Position numbers and translations under genes: made by a program. DNA of 64,000 nt, from NCBI GenBank assembly GCA_965209155.1, contig OZ242383.1:1760001-1824000 (forward strand), given 5' to 3'. Positions 20,335 through 30,942 of the stretch are shown here, one piece after another. Source of the stretch: a bacterium (lineage in GTDB: Bacteria; SAR324; NAC60-12). Position 1 is the first letter of the stretch. Every line of letters begins with the position of its first letter. The notes under the pieces are model-generated. The model had not been told where the DNA came from, ran no database searches, and saw only the letters and a list, made by a program, of their open reading frames with translations.

Positions 20335-20354
20335 GTAACTATTCAGGTATCTTC
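20335..20354. repeat. 20-bp dispersed site, copy 2
   Basis: gtaactattcaggtatcttc. Confidence 0.9.
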
Positions 20355-20534
20355 TTTTAATAAAGGTCTGAAGAATCTCATTGCCTTTTGCGAGAGTAAT
20401 TTCTTTTGTCTCAATCAGATTAAGCAGGACACCGAAGCTACCAGACGTGGAAACTCGTCTTTGCAAAGCCACCTTGCGAGCGTTTTTATCATCTGTGCGA
20501 AGTTAGAAAGAACCGTATTATCAATCAAAATCAT
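20340..20534 (-). pseudogene. DUF3368/PIN toxin remnant (internal deletion, 3' clipped)
   Basis: MILIDNTVLSNFA joined out of frame to TDDKNARKVA..SGSFGVLLNLI; ATGA overlap with the upstream antitoxin. Confidence 0.72.
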
Positions 20535-20827
20535 CGAAATCTTTCCCGGATCACTCTGGCGGCTTCTTTCTCAGCGATAATCGCTTCTTTGGAGTCAGCC
20601 GCCCCTCTGACAGGGATGCCACTTTCTAAGAACTCCTTGCGTAGCTCAAGGGGATAGACTTCTAACAGTTCCGCCGCTTTACCTAAGCTGATTTCCTCAT
20701 TAATATAAGCTCCTACTACCAGGTCTTTCCACAATTCTTGATCCTTCTTCAAAACTTTATTAAGCGTTTCATTAAAGGATTGAGGATTGATCTGCTGGAG
20801 GCGTTCCAATTGATGGAGTTGCCACAT
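20531..20827 (-). CDS. UPF0175-family putative antitoxin
   Basis: AYINEEISLGKAAELL..GIPV. Confidence 0.75.
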   Translation of the reverse strand: MWQLHQLERLQQINPQSFNETLNKVLKKDQELWKDLVVGAYINEEISLGKAAELLEVYPLELRKEFLESGIPVRGAADSKEAIIAEKEAARVIRERFR

Positions 20828-21035
20828 AATACTTTTTTGTCTAAAGAGTGCATTCGAGTGAATTAGTTAAGATATGCTCAATATATCAGATTGATAGAAG
20901 AGAGCAAAGAGGAGCTGGGGCTTTTTATTGAGAGTAGCGAGGAGAGCTTTTTGATTTAGAGCGTTTTTTCCGTGCCAAAGTGCCCTTCCCTTTTTGCAAA
21001 CGATGATCATTTCGAGTACATAGAAGTCGAAAGCA

Positions 21036-22196
21036 TTATTTGGATTTTGTAAACATATTGGAGGAGTGAGAATGACAGAATTCTTGAATGTGAAGGGCAG
21101 TCCGTCGATAGGCGCCCGGTTTTCCGAGTTGAGTCCGGATTGAAGCGAATTCCTGTCGCATTTGCCTTGTGAAGGAATGATCTTGCAACAAGCGTATTGT
21201 TTCTCGCGCAAGGTTGGCAGCGGTCAGATTATTTTGCAACAACTCGGGAACAATCAAACGTTGGGCTAAAATATTGACCATACCGATATAGGGAACCCGG
21301 GACATCCGTTTGGCCAACCAGAATGTGAGGGGAGCGAGTTTATAAATGATCACGAAGGGTGTGAGCGCCAGACTGCTTTGTAAAGTGGCAGTTCCGGAAG
21401 CCACAATCGCAGCATTCACGCTATGAATGCATTCCAAAAAAGCTCCATGAAACGCGGTCACTGTTACAGGACTTCGCTGCAACAGTTTCCTGACCCAACC
21501 CAACTCGATACTTTCCGCAACCGGCATGAGGTACTGTGCCTGAATGCCCTCTCTCCGGATCAACAAGAGGGCTTCCAGCACGACAGGCAAGTGATTCCTG
21601 ATCTCACTGGGACGACTGCCAATTGCCAAGGCGATTGATGGAATGGTCTCATCCGGGATATATTTATTTTTGAAATCGGCAAGCTGACCGACAGAAACCC
21701 TGTCTTCCAAGCGGGGATGACCAACCAGGTCGACTTCAATCCTCGCCTTGCGATAAATTTCTTCCTCGAAGGGAAACAAAACAAACATTTTGTCCACAAC
21801 TTTTTTGATTTGTCGAAGACGTTTTGCACGCCAGGCCCAGACCTGTGGACTACTGAACCAGAGTACCGGGATTTTCTGTTGTTTGACCTGCGCAGCCAGC
21901 CGGAGATTGAATCCCGGGTAATCAATCAGTAAAGCCAGATCGGGTTGTTCCTCATTAAGCGTGTTACGCATGTGCCAGAGGATTTTATAAAGCCGGGGCA
22001 GGTGTGGCACGATCTCCAGTAAACCATGAACTTCGAGTGAATCCAGCGTATAAATGGCCTGCAATCCCCTTTGCAACATCAGTGGGCCTCCGATACCATA
22101 AACCTTCAATTGCGGCGTAATTTTTTGCAATTCCGCGATCAGAGAAGCGCCATGGGCATCGCCGGATGCTTCTCCTGCCACCATTAGAATTTTCAT
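21036..22196 (-). CDS. lpxB: Lipid-A-disaccharide synthase
   Basis: AGEASGD, IDYPGFN, PQVWAWR, GSRPSE, ASGTATL. Confidence 0.95.
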   Translation of the reverse strand: MKILMVAGEASGDAHGASLIAELQKITPQLKVYGIGGPLMLQRGLQAIYTLDSLEVHGLLEIVPHLPRLYKILWHMRNTLNEEQPDLALLIDYPGFNLRLAAQVKQQKIPVLWFSSPQVWAWRAKRLRQIKKVVDKMFVLFPFEEEIYRKARIEVDLVGHPRLEDRVSVGQLADFKNKYIPDETIPSIALAIGSRPSEIRNHLPVVLEALLLIRREGIQAQYLMPVAESIELGWVRKLLQRSPVTVTAFHGAFLECIHSVNAAIVASGTATLQSSLALTPFVIIYKLAPLTFWLAKRMSRVPYIGMVNILAQRLIVPELLQNNLTAANLARETIRLLQDHSFTRQMRQEFASIRTQLGKPGAYRRTALHIQEFCHSHSSNMFTKSK

Positions 22197-22293
22197 CGAT
22201 CTTGCCCGGTGTGAAAATCACGAGGATTTGAAATCTCAGGGTTTACTGATTTATTTCCGCTCCTCGATCTCATCACAGTCAAATGTGGAGAGA

Positions 22294-22743
22294 TTATTCT
22301 TTCTCTAACAAATAAGTCACCGGACCATCGTTGGTCAACTCGACCTGCATCGTTGCTTGAAACTGCCCGCTTTGTACATTCAGTCCCTGCTGGCGAATAT
22401 GCTCAATAAAACGCAGGTAAAGTTCTTCCGCCTGTTCCGGTGGTGCGGCTTTAGCAAAATCGGGACGCCTTCCTTTACGGCAGTCCCCATACAACGTGAA
22501 TTGAGAGACTACGAGAACCTCGCCTCCAATGTCTCTCACGTTTTGATCATTTATTCGCCCCTGTGGACTTTCAAATATTCGTAGATTGATACATTTTTCG
22601 GCGAGATAGCGAGTCTCGGACTCCCTGTCTGTTTGAGTGACTGCGACAAACAACAATAGCCCCTGTCCGATCTGTCCGATTATTTTTTTGTCTGCCAGAA
22701 CCCGTGCTTCTCGAACACGTTGAACCAATACTCGCATTGGCAT
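22294..22743 (-). CDS. dtd: D-aminoacyl-tRNA deacylase
   Basis: MRVLVQRV, SQFTL, NDGPVT. Confidence 0.95.
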   Translation of the reverse strand: MPMRVLVQRVREARVLADKKIIGQIGQGLLLFVAVTQTDRESETRYLAEKCINLRIFESPQGRINDQNVRDIGGEVLVVSQFTLYGDCRKGRRPDFAKAAPPEQAEELYLRFIEHIRQQGLNVQSGQFQATMQVELTNDGPVTYLLEKE

Positions 22744-22744
22744 T

Positions 22745-23197
22745 CTATTCGTCGTTTGTTGACTTGTGCCAATGGCGATGCTTGTGTTTGTTCGCCTTTT
22801 GCTGGGCCCATGTCTGAAAGGATTCCAGCATTGCTTCCCCTAAATCCTGTATATCAAAAGTGCCTTTACGCCACAAATCCCGAAAAGTTTTGGGATCAAA
22901 ATCAGGGCCACAAACGCTTTTCCAATCTGCAGGTTGTTTTACTTCGTCCCGGTAGTAAGCGGCCAGTTGGCGGCAGGCGATAGCTGCCACTTTCAGTGAA
23001 CAGCCTTCTGGTAAAGGCTCAAAAATTGTGGAAACCGTTGAGTCCAGTTCATTCAGTCTTGTTAAAATACGGTTGTATTGCGTCACGCAATACTCAGCTG
23101 CTTCATTATCACTTTCCGCCCAATCGGACTGCGCAGCAACCCGCGCCGTATGACGAAGCACGTTCACCAATTTGGTCAATTCTTGTTCTTTTTCCAT
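22745..23197 (-). CDS. Hypothetical protein
   Basis: 150-aa ORF with RBS, tightly coupled to dtd; no recognised motif. Confidence 0.7.
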   Translation of the reverse strand: MEKEQELTKLVNVLRHTARVAAQSDWAESDNEAAEYCVTQYNRILTRLNELDSTVSTIFEPLPEGCSLKVAAIACRQLAAYYRDEVKQPADWKSVCGPDFDPKTFRDLWRKGTFDIQDLGEAMLESFQTWAQQKANKHKHRHWHKSTNDE

Positions 23198-23306
23198 GGA
23201 AATCTTCCTTTCTCAAATCATTCAGTTGATCACGAACTAACTGCATTCCGCGAAAAATGCGCTACTTGACGTTGGAGAGTGAAACGCTCGAGAAGGCCTT
23301 ATGCTA

Positions 23307-24446
23307 TTAAGAAGGAGTCCGGGTTGATTGTGGACGGGGGCGTTGAGCCAGGCGGACCCTGACGGTTCTTTCCCGCTCTCCACGAATGAACTGGATTTCA
23401 ACTTCCTCATCCAACTGATACGATTCGATGGTATCGGCCAATTCTTCAAGTGTCTCTACTGTTTTGTTATCTATGGCAACGATGATGTCTCCTCCCCAGG
23501 GAATTACGTAATTTCTGACACGAACGCGACGTGTTGCTCCTCTCAGCCCGGCGGTTTCTGCTGGTGAGTTCGGGATTGTATTAACGATCAGCATCCCTTT
23601 TTCAATATTCACTCCCAGGGAACGTAAACGGTGGGTTTCCAGGGTTTCCACCCCCAACCAGGGTCGTCGCACATAGCCATGAGCGATTAAATCAGGCAAC
23701 ACCTTTTTGATCGTATTGCTGGGAACCGCAAAACCAATGCCAACACTGCCGCTTGATCCGATTATTGCCGTATTGATCCCAATCACTTCTCCTATGGAGT
23801 TTAAGAGTGGTCCTCCCGAATTCCCGGGATTGATGGCCGCATCGGATTGAATCACCCGGTCGATTTTCCTGCCGTTGCGAGTTTGTATCGTTCGCCCCAA
23901 TGCGCTGATTATTCCAGTGGTCAACGTTTGAGTTAAGCCAAAAGGATTGCCCAGCGCAAGCACTTTCTGTCCTACAAGCAATTGGGAAGAATCTCCCAAT
24001 TCCAGAATGGACAAATCCTCAGGGGGGTTATTGATCTTAACAAGGGCTAAATCATTATTTGGATCCGTTCCTGAGACTTCGGCCTCCAATTGGGTGTTGT
24101 CAGCAAGAGTGACGGTCAATTCCCGAGCGTTTTCAACCACGTGGAAATTCGTCAGGACGAAGCCACGTGGATCCACAATAAAACCGGATCCTGCACCGGC
24201 CGCAGGTTGAGTTCTGTAGAAAAAATCATATTGCATCGTAATACTGGTGATGTTGACGACGGCAGGTCCTTTCGATTTGTAAATATCAATGTTCTGCTGT
24301 TCGTCTGACCTGTAGATGACGATCTGTTGGGGTTCTGCTTCCGTGATTTCTTTTGCGCCGAAAGGATATATCCAGAGCACTGCCAATACGATCAAACCCA
24401 GCAACATGCTCCAGAAAGCATAACGCGCAAATACTTTCAACGTCAT
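23307..24446 (-). CDS. HtrA/DegP-family serine protease with one PDZ domain
   Basis: GSGFI, TNFHVV, DLA, DAAINPGNSGGPL; N-terminal TM. Confidence 0.92.
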   Translation of the reverse strand: MTLKVFARYAFWSMLLGLIVLAVLWIYPFGAKEITEAEPQQIVIYRSDEQQNIDIYKSKGPAVVNITSITMQYDFFYRTQPAAGAGSGFIVDPRGFVLTNFHVVENARELTVTLADNTQLEAEVSGTDPNNDLALVKINNPPEDLSILELGDSSQLLVGQKVLALGNPFGLTQTLTTGIISALGRTIQTRNGRKIDRVIQSDAAINPGNSGGPLLNSIGEVIGINTAIIGSSGSVGIGFAVPSNTIKKVLPDLIAHGYVRRPWLGVETLETHRLRSLGVNIEKGMLIVNTIPNSPAETAGLRGATRRVRVRNYVIPWGGDIIVAIDNKTVETLEELADTIESYQLDEEVEIQFIRGERERTVRVRLAQRPRPQSTRTPS

Positions 24447-24794
24447 ACCTGGTTTTTCTCCATTGAAAAGGTGCTCCGAATACAAAAAGGATTTGTTTTA
24501 TCTGTAATAATTCGGCGTAATAAATTACCTCAATAAATATTTTGTTATTGCAGGTGGATTATGAGATAAAATTTTTTTAAGCAACCCGCGAAATTCTATA
24601 TTTGCCATTCCGGGTAAAATCGGCAATCCAAGAACAAATCAGGCTATCCAAAAGCTTGGATTCGCGTTCGATTCAGAGATGGTAAGTTATTGCAATCATT
24701 ATTTTTCTATTGAAGACTTCCAGTTTACTCTTCCAGGCATTTACTTCAATTTCTTAAATATTGAAATCAATCATCATCTCTGAAGGAGAGCAAA

Positions 24795-25808
24795 ATGGCA
24801 AAAAGGTCAGGACATCCTCCATTTTACAGCGCGTTAAAAGATAAAAATCTGTATCCAGAGGCAACGAGGAAAATCAAATTTTCGGAAACTCGAACCTCTT
24901 ATTTTTTTATCACAGGAAGCACTTATTACAAGATCAAAAAAAGTGGTCATGATTATTCCAGCCCTGCTGTTGTCGAAGCATTTTTGAATGAGGAACTGAA
25001 GTTGGGTCAAATATATGCGGATAATGTCTACCAGGAAGTCGTTCCCGTGGTTGAACAAAACGGGAATTTTTTATTGAGAGGAACAGGTCGAGTGGTGACT
25101 TATGCCTTGAAAATGGGACAACTGAATGAGCGATATTTTCTCTCCTCTTTACTCGAGCGAGATAAAGCGTCCACCAACGATATTGGATGGATTGCGAAGC
25201 AATTGGCACTTGTTCATAGTGCGCACCCCGTGGAGGGAAGAGCGGATGCCGGACGTTCCGATAATCTTTATGATCTATGTGAGGATATGCTTTATCAGAG
25301 CCAAAAATATCTCAATACAACCGTCACTCAACCCATGTTGGACATAATCCGCAGACCCTTGGAAAAATTTTTAGAAGAACAACGGAAGTTGTTTTCCCGT
25401 CGCTTGAAGAAAAAAAGAATCGTGCAGGGCCATGGCGCCGTCCTGCCGGAGCATATATACGTCAGAGATTCGGAAGTTCATTTCATCAGCCCCCAGGAAT
25501 TACATCGAAAATTTTGTCTCTTGGATGCTGCTATCGATGTGGCTTACCTGACAGTTGAGTTTGCCCGCTTTCGTCAAATGGAATGGATGGACCTTTTCAT
25601 AAAACACTACATTGCCGCGGCAAAAGATCGAGATTTATTGACAATCTTACCCACTTTTCAAACCTTTGTTGCCCTCAAACAGGGAGTCACATATTCAGAA
25701 TGGATGACTGAAACAGAAGGCAATGCGCATAGCGAACAAGCGCAGATAGCATCCGACTATTTCAACCTGGCAGTACGATTTTCCCGTGAAATTCCCAAAC
25801 TGCAGTGA
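24795..25808 (+). CDS. Aminoglycoside-phosphotransferase-like fold protein with degenerate active site
   Basis: ETRTS..YKIKK, EELKL, VQGHGAVLPEHI (family HGDL), DAAIDVAYL; no C-terminal AAA domain. Confidence 0.6.
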   Translation: MAKRSGHPPFYSALKDKNLYPEATRKIKFSETRTSYFFITGSTYYKIKKSGHDYSSPAVVEAFLNEELKLGQIYADNVYQEVVPVVEQNGNFLLRGTGRVVTYALKMGQLNERYFLSSLLERDKASTNDIGWIAKQLALVHSAHPVEGRADAGRSDNLYDLCEDMLYQSQKYLNTTVTQPMLDIIRRPLEKFLEEQRKLFSRRLKKKRIVQGHGAVLPEHIYVRDSEVHFISPQELHRKFCLLDAAIDVAYLTVEFARFRQMEWMDLFIKHYIAAAKDRDLLTILPTFQTFVALKQGVTYSEWMTETEGNAHSEQAQIASDYFNLAVRFSREIPKLQ

Positions 25809-25904
25809 CCTGGAAATACTGAAAGTTTTCTTTCAAATATTTCCTGAATCCCGGAAAACAATCAGGCTTGGCTTTTCAATAGAACAATTGGTGGAAGGAA
25901 CTCG

Positions 25905-26579
25905 ATGAGAATCACCTTGAAAGCCGCAAGCACTCTGGACGGGAAAATAGCCACCAAAACGGGACAATCCAAATGGATTACCGGGAAAGAAGCAAGAAAA
26001 GCGGTTCATTTACTGCGCAACGAACATGACGCTATCCTGGTTGGAATCAACACCATCCTGGCCGATAATCCACAACTAACGACCCGTGATGTTCCTGGAG
26101 GGAAATCACCAATAAGAATCATACTGGACTCGAGGTGTCAGATCCCTCCCGAAAGCGCTTGTTTGATGGACGATGGTGTCCTTTGTTTGGTTGTGGTGGG
26201 CTCAAAGAGTTTACGATCGAGGAGAGATGATTTGCAGGACCAGTGCGCAGCCGGAAAACATCTTCATCTCCTGCAAGCCCCGACCCCGCGGCCCCAAATC
26301 AAATGGTTGCTTCCACAGCTTGCGCAGTATAAAATAAATCGTCTTCTGGTAGAGGGAGGAAGCCGGGTACACGCGAGTTTTATTCGAGAAAATTATGCGG
26401 ATCACCTGGTCCTCTTTCTTTCCGGAAAATTGATTGGAGGAAATGAGGCCCTTTCCTGGTGTGGCGATTTGAATGGTTTGGAACTGGAAAAACTACCCCA
26501 ACTAAAAATTCAATCCATGCGGATGATCGGAAAGGATATTATGGTTCATGCCGGTTTTATAAAGGAATTTAATGAGTAA
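25905..26579 (+). CDS. ribD: RibD reductase domain only (pyrimidine reductase)
   Basis: [31 protein letters not shown]; no deaminase domain. Confidence 0.85.
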   Translation: MRITLKAASTLDGKIATKTGQSKWITGKEARKAVHLLRNEHDAILVGINTILADNPQLTTRDVPGGKSPIRIILDSRCQIPPESACLMDDGVLCLVVVGSKSLRSRRDDLQDQCAAGKHLHLLQAPTPRPQIKWLLPQLAQYKINRLLVEGGSRVHASFIRENYADHLVLFLSGKLIGGNEALSWCGDLNGLELEKLPQLKIQSMRMIGKDIMVHAGFIKEFNE

Positions 26580-27798
26580 GGAGGCAAATATCCCCCTGCG
26601 CTTTGACACGATTGAAGAAGCAATCGCCGATGTCCGGGAAGGGAAATTGTTTATATTGATGGATGATCCGGGTCGGGAAAATGAAGGGGATTTAGTTTGC
26701 GCTGCCGAAAAAGTGACGGCAGAGATAATCAATTTCATGGCAAGACATGGGCGCGGTCTGATCTGTCTGGCCCTGGATTCCGCAAGGGTCAACCAGTTGA
26801 AACTGCCACTGATGGTCCAGCACAACGAAGCGGAATTTGGTACTAATTTCACTGTCAGTATTGAAGCGGCGTCCGGGGTGACGACTGGAATTTCAGCCGC
26901 AGATCGCGCACGCACTATTCAGGCGGCAATGGCGCCTGACGCCGTTCCGCAAGATTTACATCGTCCGGGACATATTTTCCCTTTACTTGCGCAAGATGGA
27001 GGCGTGTTGAAACGCGCGGGTCAAACCGAGGGTTCCGTCGATATCACACGCATGGCGGGTTTGTCTCCCGGAGGGGTGGTTTGCGAAGTATTGAACGAAG
27101 ATGGCACCATGGCCCGTTATCCTCAACTGAGGAAGTTTGCGGACGAACATGATTTCAAACTAATCACCATTGCCGATTTGATTCGTTACCGGAAAAGAAC
27201 CGAGGTGCTTGTTAAGCTTGAAGCAGAGGCGAATTTACCGACTTTTTTTGGCGAATTCAGGATCGTCGCCTTCCAAAACATCCTGGACGATAGCGATTAC
27301 GTGGCTTTGGTGAAAGGTCATTGGCAGGAAAACGAACCCGTTTTGGTCCGGGTTCATTCTCAGTGCTTGACTGGCGATGTTTTTGGCTCCTTTCGTTGTG
27401 ATTGCGGAATGCAGCTTTATGCCGCCATGAAAAAAGTGGAGCAGGAAGGAAAAGGGGTGGTGCTTTACTTGCCACAAGAAGGGAGAGGAATTGGATTGAT
27501 CAATAAAATCAGAGCGTATGGCTTGCAAGAGCAAGGTGATGATACGGTGGAGGCCAATCACAAGCTGGGCTTTGGTGAAGACTTGAGAGACTATGGAATT
27601 GGTGCTCAGATCTTATCCATGTTGGGGGTTAAAAAAATGCGCCTGATGACGAACAATCCCAAAAAAATCGTAGGTGTGCAAGGTCATGATTTGGAAGTGG
27701 TAGAACGCGTGCCCTTGGAAATCGAGGCTCATCCGCAAAATGAAGAATATCTGTTAACCAAGAAACTGAAATTGGGGCATATATTGCAAAGGATATAG
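26572..27798 (+). CDS. ribBA: Bifunctional DHBP synthase / GTP cyclohydrolase II
   Basis: [45 protein letters not shown]. Confidence 0.96.
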   Translation: MSKEANIPLRFDTIEEAIADVREGKLFILMDDPGRENEGDLVCAAEKVTAEIINFMARHGRGLICLALDSARVNQLKLPLMVQHNEAEFGTNFTVSIEAASGVTTGISAADRARTIQAAMAPDAVPQDLHRPGHIFPLLAQDGGVLKRAGQTEGSVDITRMAGLSPGGVVCEVLNEDGTMARYPQLRKFADEHDFKLITIADLIRYRKRTEVLVKLEAEANLPTFFGEFRIVAFQNILDDSDYVALVKGHWQENEPVLVRVHSQCLTGDVFGSFRCDCGMQLYAAMKKVEQEGKGVVLYLPQEGRGIGLINKIRAYGLQEQGDDTVEANHKLGFGEDLRDYGIGAQILSMLGVKKMRLMTNNPKKIVGVQGHDLEVVERVPLEIEAHPQNEEYLLTKKLKLGHILQRI

Positions 27799-27868
27799 AT
27801 TTTTCAAGCAGCAGTCACTCCCGCATGCGCATGCGCGCGGACTTCGCAAGCAGTGGTTCCCAAAAATC

Positions 27869-28711
27869 GTGAATTATCTAAAAAAATCCGAACGATTCAT
27901 TCGATTCGACAGCAAAAAAACGCAACTGGCAATTTCACAGTCGGCTCCCTCCGAATTGCTTTATGGAATTTTACCGGTCCAGCAAGCCCTCTTGCATCGC
28001 AAACGCGTGTTTTTTTCCCTTTCCATCAAAGAGAGTCCCACTTCGAAACGTCTGAAAAATTTGCAGAATATGGCACATGAAATCAGCCTTTCAGTCCATT
28101 GTCTCAATAAAGGCCAATTGGATATTTTATGTCCCCAAGTTCCTCATCAGGGGGTGGTTTTAAGCTGCGGCCCGTTGCCTTATGCTGATTTTGACTTGTC
28201 AGCTGCGCCCCTACCGGCTACCAAGGCAACTCAGCGCTTTCCCGTTTATGTGGCAATGGATCGGATTGAAGATCCACGCAATCTGGGTGCCATAATCCGA
28301 TCATGCGCATTTTTCAATGTATGCGGAGTGATCGTCCCCCGACAAAATTCTTCTCCATTGAGTCCTGTCGTTTCTAAAAGTTCTGCAGGCGTGGTGGAAT
28401 CTTTTCCGGTGATGGCTGTTGCCAACCTTCCGCGCTTCTTAAAAGAGCAGAAGCAGAAAGGATACTGGATTGTTGGATTGGATACGCAAGCAGAATTGTC
28501 CGTAACAACCTTGCGTCAAGATCGTCCCTATATTTTGGTTGTCGGCAATGAAGGTCGGGGAATGCGAAAGTTGGTCAAATCTACCTGTGATTGGCAGGTC
28601 ACGATTTCAGGAAACATAAAGGTGGCAGCTCTCAACGTGAGCAATGCCACCGCCATTGCTTTGTATCAGCTCACTCAATTACGTTCCGCCGATTCGGAAT
28701 CCTTTTCTTGA
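27869..28711 (+). CDS. rlmB: 23S rRNA Gm2251 methyltransferase (TrmH/SpoU family)
   Basis: HQGV, DPRNLGAIIRS, GNEGRG, ALNVSNA. Confidence 0.8.
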   Translation: MNYLKKSERFIRFDSKKTQLAISQSAPSELLYGILPVQQALLHRKRVFFSLSIKESPTSKRLKNLQNMAHEISLSVHCLNKGQLDILCPQVPHQGVVLSCGPLPYADFDLSAAPLPATKATQRFPVYVAMDRIEDPRNLGAIIRSCAFFNVCGVIVPRQNSSPLSPVVSKSSAGVVESFPVMAVANLPRFLKEQKQKGYWIVGLDTQAELSVTTLRQDRPYILVVGNEGRGMRKLVKSTCDWQVTISGNIKVAALNVSNATAIALYQLTQLRSADSESFS

Positions 28712-28715
28712 TGAT

Positions 28716-29846
28716 TCAGCTGTCCAACTGAAAGCGACGCATTCGAATATTGAGCAGCAGACCGATGCCAAACATCATGGAAAGCATGGAGGAACCACCA
28801 TAGCTGAAAAAAGGAAGGGGAACTCCAACGACTGGCATCAATCCCAAAACCATCCCAATGTTGATCAACACGTGAGATGTGATGATGGAAACGATGCCAA
28901 CCACCAGTATGGCGCTGGAGCAGTCCTTGGTTTTCAAAATTCCGGTCAACGCCCAAAGAATGAGAAAAAGGAAGAGTACCAAAACCGTGATGCCTCCCAT
29001 AAAACCCCATTCTTCAGTAAAAATGGAAAATATAAAGTCGGTATGATGGGCTGGCAGGAAATTCAGTTTTCCCTGTGTTCCCTGTTCGAACCCTTTCCCC
29101 CAAATACGACCGCTGCCAATAGCAATCATGGATTGGATGACTTGATACCCGGCACCCAGCGCATCTCGTTCCGGGTTGATGAAAGTCAGAATACGGTCCT
29201 GCTGATAAGGTTTCAGGATGGGGTTCAATAGATACGGGATACCGAACCAAGCCACAATGGAAGAGAGCACCAGGAGGAATGCAATGGCCAGCATTGTCAA
29301 CTTGCGAATACCAACTAAAAAAATAACAAAGCTATAGGTAATCAATAGCAACAAGGCCGTTCCCAAGTCCGGTTGATTCATAATCAGGACAAAGTGGATC
29401 ATGACCAGGATAGTGGGCCAGATCAGTTTGACGATGCCCAGGTTTCCAATTCGACGCACATCCCTGAAATGATAGGCTAATACGAGGACCAGGGTGAATT
29501 TTGAAAATTCGGATGGTTGTACGAAAAAACCACCCAGATCGAGCCATCTTTTGACCGGTGTTCCTGGACCTCCTACTCCATACAACAAAACCAGAATCAG
29601 CATGAATATAATCACCGCATGGAACAAAATTCCCCATTTGACGAAAAATCGGTAGTGTATCAAGGTGGTGCAAAAAGCGATTCCCATTCCCAGGAATATC
29701 CAGTATACTTGACGAACTTTATAGTTGGCCATTTCTGGCGCTCCCATGGTGGCCGAATGAATGGCAACGAGGCCAAGGGTACAAATCACCAAAACTATAC
29801 CACACAAAATCCAATCAAAATTGGACAACAATCGCCGATCAAACAT
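28716..29846 (-). CDS. rodA: Rod shape-determining protein RodA (SEDS)
   Basis: QPSEF, QPDLGT, GYQVIQSMIAIGSG, HTDFIF, SYGGSS. Confidence 0.93.
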   Translation of the reverse strand: MFDRRLLSNFDWILCGIVLVICTLGLVAIHSATMGAPEMANYKVRQVYWIFLGMGIAFCTTLIHYRFFVKWGILFHAVIIFMLILVLLYGVGGPGTPVKRWLDLGGFFVQPSEFSKFTLVLVLAYHFRDVRRIGNLGIVKLIWPTILVMIHFVLIMNQPDLGTALLLLITYSFVIFLVGIRKLTMLAIAFLLVLSSIVAWFGIPYLLNPILKPYQQDRILTFINPERDALGAGYQVIQSMIAIGSGRIWGKGFEQGTQGKLNFLPAHHTDFIFSIFTEEWGFMGGITVLVLFLFLILWALTGILKTKDCSSAILVVGIVSIITSHVLINIGMVLGLMPVVGVPLPFFSYGGSSMLSMMFGIGLLLNIRMRRFQLDS

Positions 29847-30180
29847 TTCTCCAAACCTGTTCCATCTCTTTCAGTACAATGCTGTATCCTACCTGTATTG
29901 TCATCGATTTTCAGTATTCGTGGAAACCAGCCCTTCAATCTGCTCATTCAATTGGCGCACCGCGATGAATTCATCCGGAGTTTCTGAAGGTTGAGAAAAA
30001 AGTAACAGAGAAATATGCGAAAGTCATCTTCTCTAACCCAGCTTTTTTTGGAATTACATGGACAAAAGATTAATTTGCTGGTATAAAAGTTAATGGCAAT
30101 TGCTGTCGATGGGAGTATTTATTAAAGTGGGATTCGGCCTGTGATCCAAATTTTTAACTTTCTGCAAAAAAGATCTCTTT

Positions 30181-30549
30181 ATGATTAAGCTGACAGCGGC
30201 AGCTGCGAAAGAAATCAAAAAAATCATGGAAGAACAGCATCTTCCCCAAGAAGTCAAAATCCGTGTTGGCGTGAAAGGGGGTGGATGTTCCGGTTTTACT
30301 TATACCTTTGAATTCGATTCAAAAAAACGCAAATTCGACCTTGAGTTTGAATCTCGGGATTTGCGAATTTTGGTGGACAAAAAAAGCCATTTGTATATCA
30401 GAGACACTGAAATCGACTGGAGTTATGGTTTGATGGACCGCGGATTGAGGTTCAATAACCCGGGCGCAAAAAGCTCTTGTGGATGCAAAACCTCCTTCAT
30501 GTTCGAACCTCCGGAAAATATGGCAAAGTTACCCACTCCCTGGAATTGA
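30181..30549 (+). CDS. HesB/IscA Fe-S cluster assembly protein
   Basis: GGGCSG and SCGCKTSF. Confidence 0.92.
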   Translation: MIKLTAAAAKEIKKIMEEQHLPQEVKIRVGVKGGGCSGFTYTFEFDSKKRKFDLEFESRDLRILVDKKSHLYIRDTEIDWSYGLMDRGLRFNNPGAKSSCGCKTSFMFEPPENMAKLPTPWN

Positions 30550-30570
30550 TTTCCTTTTCTATAAAGCAAT

Positions 30571-30825
30571 ATGAACAAACCCGTGGGTCAATCCATTGAA
30601 GATCAGGTAAAAATCTGCATTGAGTCTGCAATTCCTCAGTCACAGGCGCAAGTGAGCAGCAATGGGAATCATTTTCAGATTACGGTGATCTCTCCCGTAT
30701 TTGAAGGTATGGGTCTGTTGGACAAACAACGCATGGTCTATTCGGCAATTGCGTCCTTCATTTCAGGGCCCAAAGCTCCCATTCACGCCGTGGACCGGTT
30801 ACTGACCCTCAGCTCCGGGAAATGA
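30571..30825 (+). CDS. BolA/IbaG family protein
   Basis: HFQITVISPVFEG..QRMVY..IHAV. Confidence 0.88.
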   Translation: MNKPVGQSIEDQVKICIESAIPQSQAQVSSNGNHFQITVISPVFEGMGLLDKQRMVYSAIASFISGPKAPIHAVDRLLTLSSGK

Positions 30826-30942
30826 CAAAAAGGCAAACGCCCAGCCCATGTTGAAATCTTATTCCCAACTGATCCATCGCTTCCCTGAAAGAGGAAAAGG
30901 GGGGTATTGATTATGCGATTAATTTTTTAATGCAGGAATTTC

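Noticed and set aside
11500..20900. Classical integron cassette array
   Set aside because: No integrase and no RYYYAAC...GTTRRRY attC structures recognised
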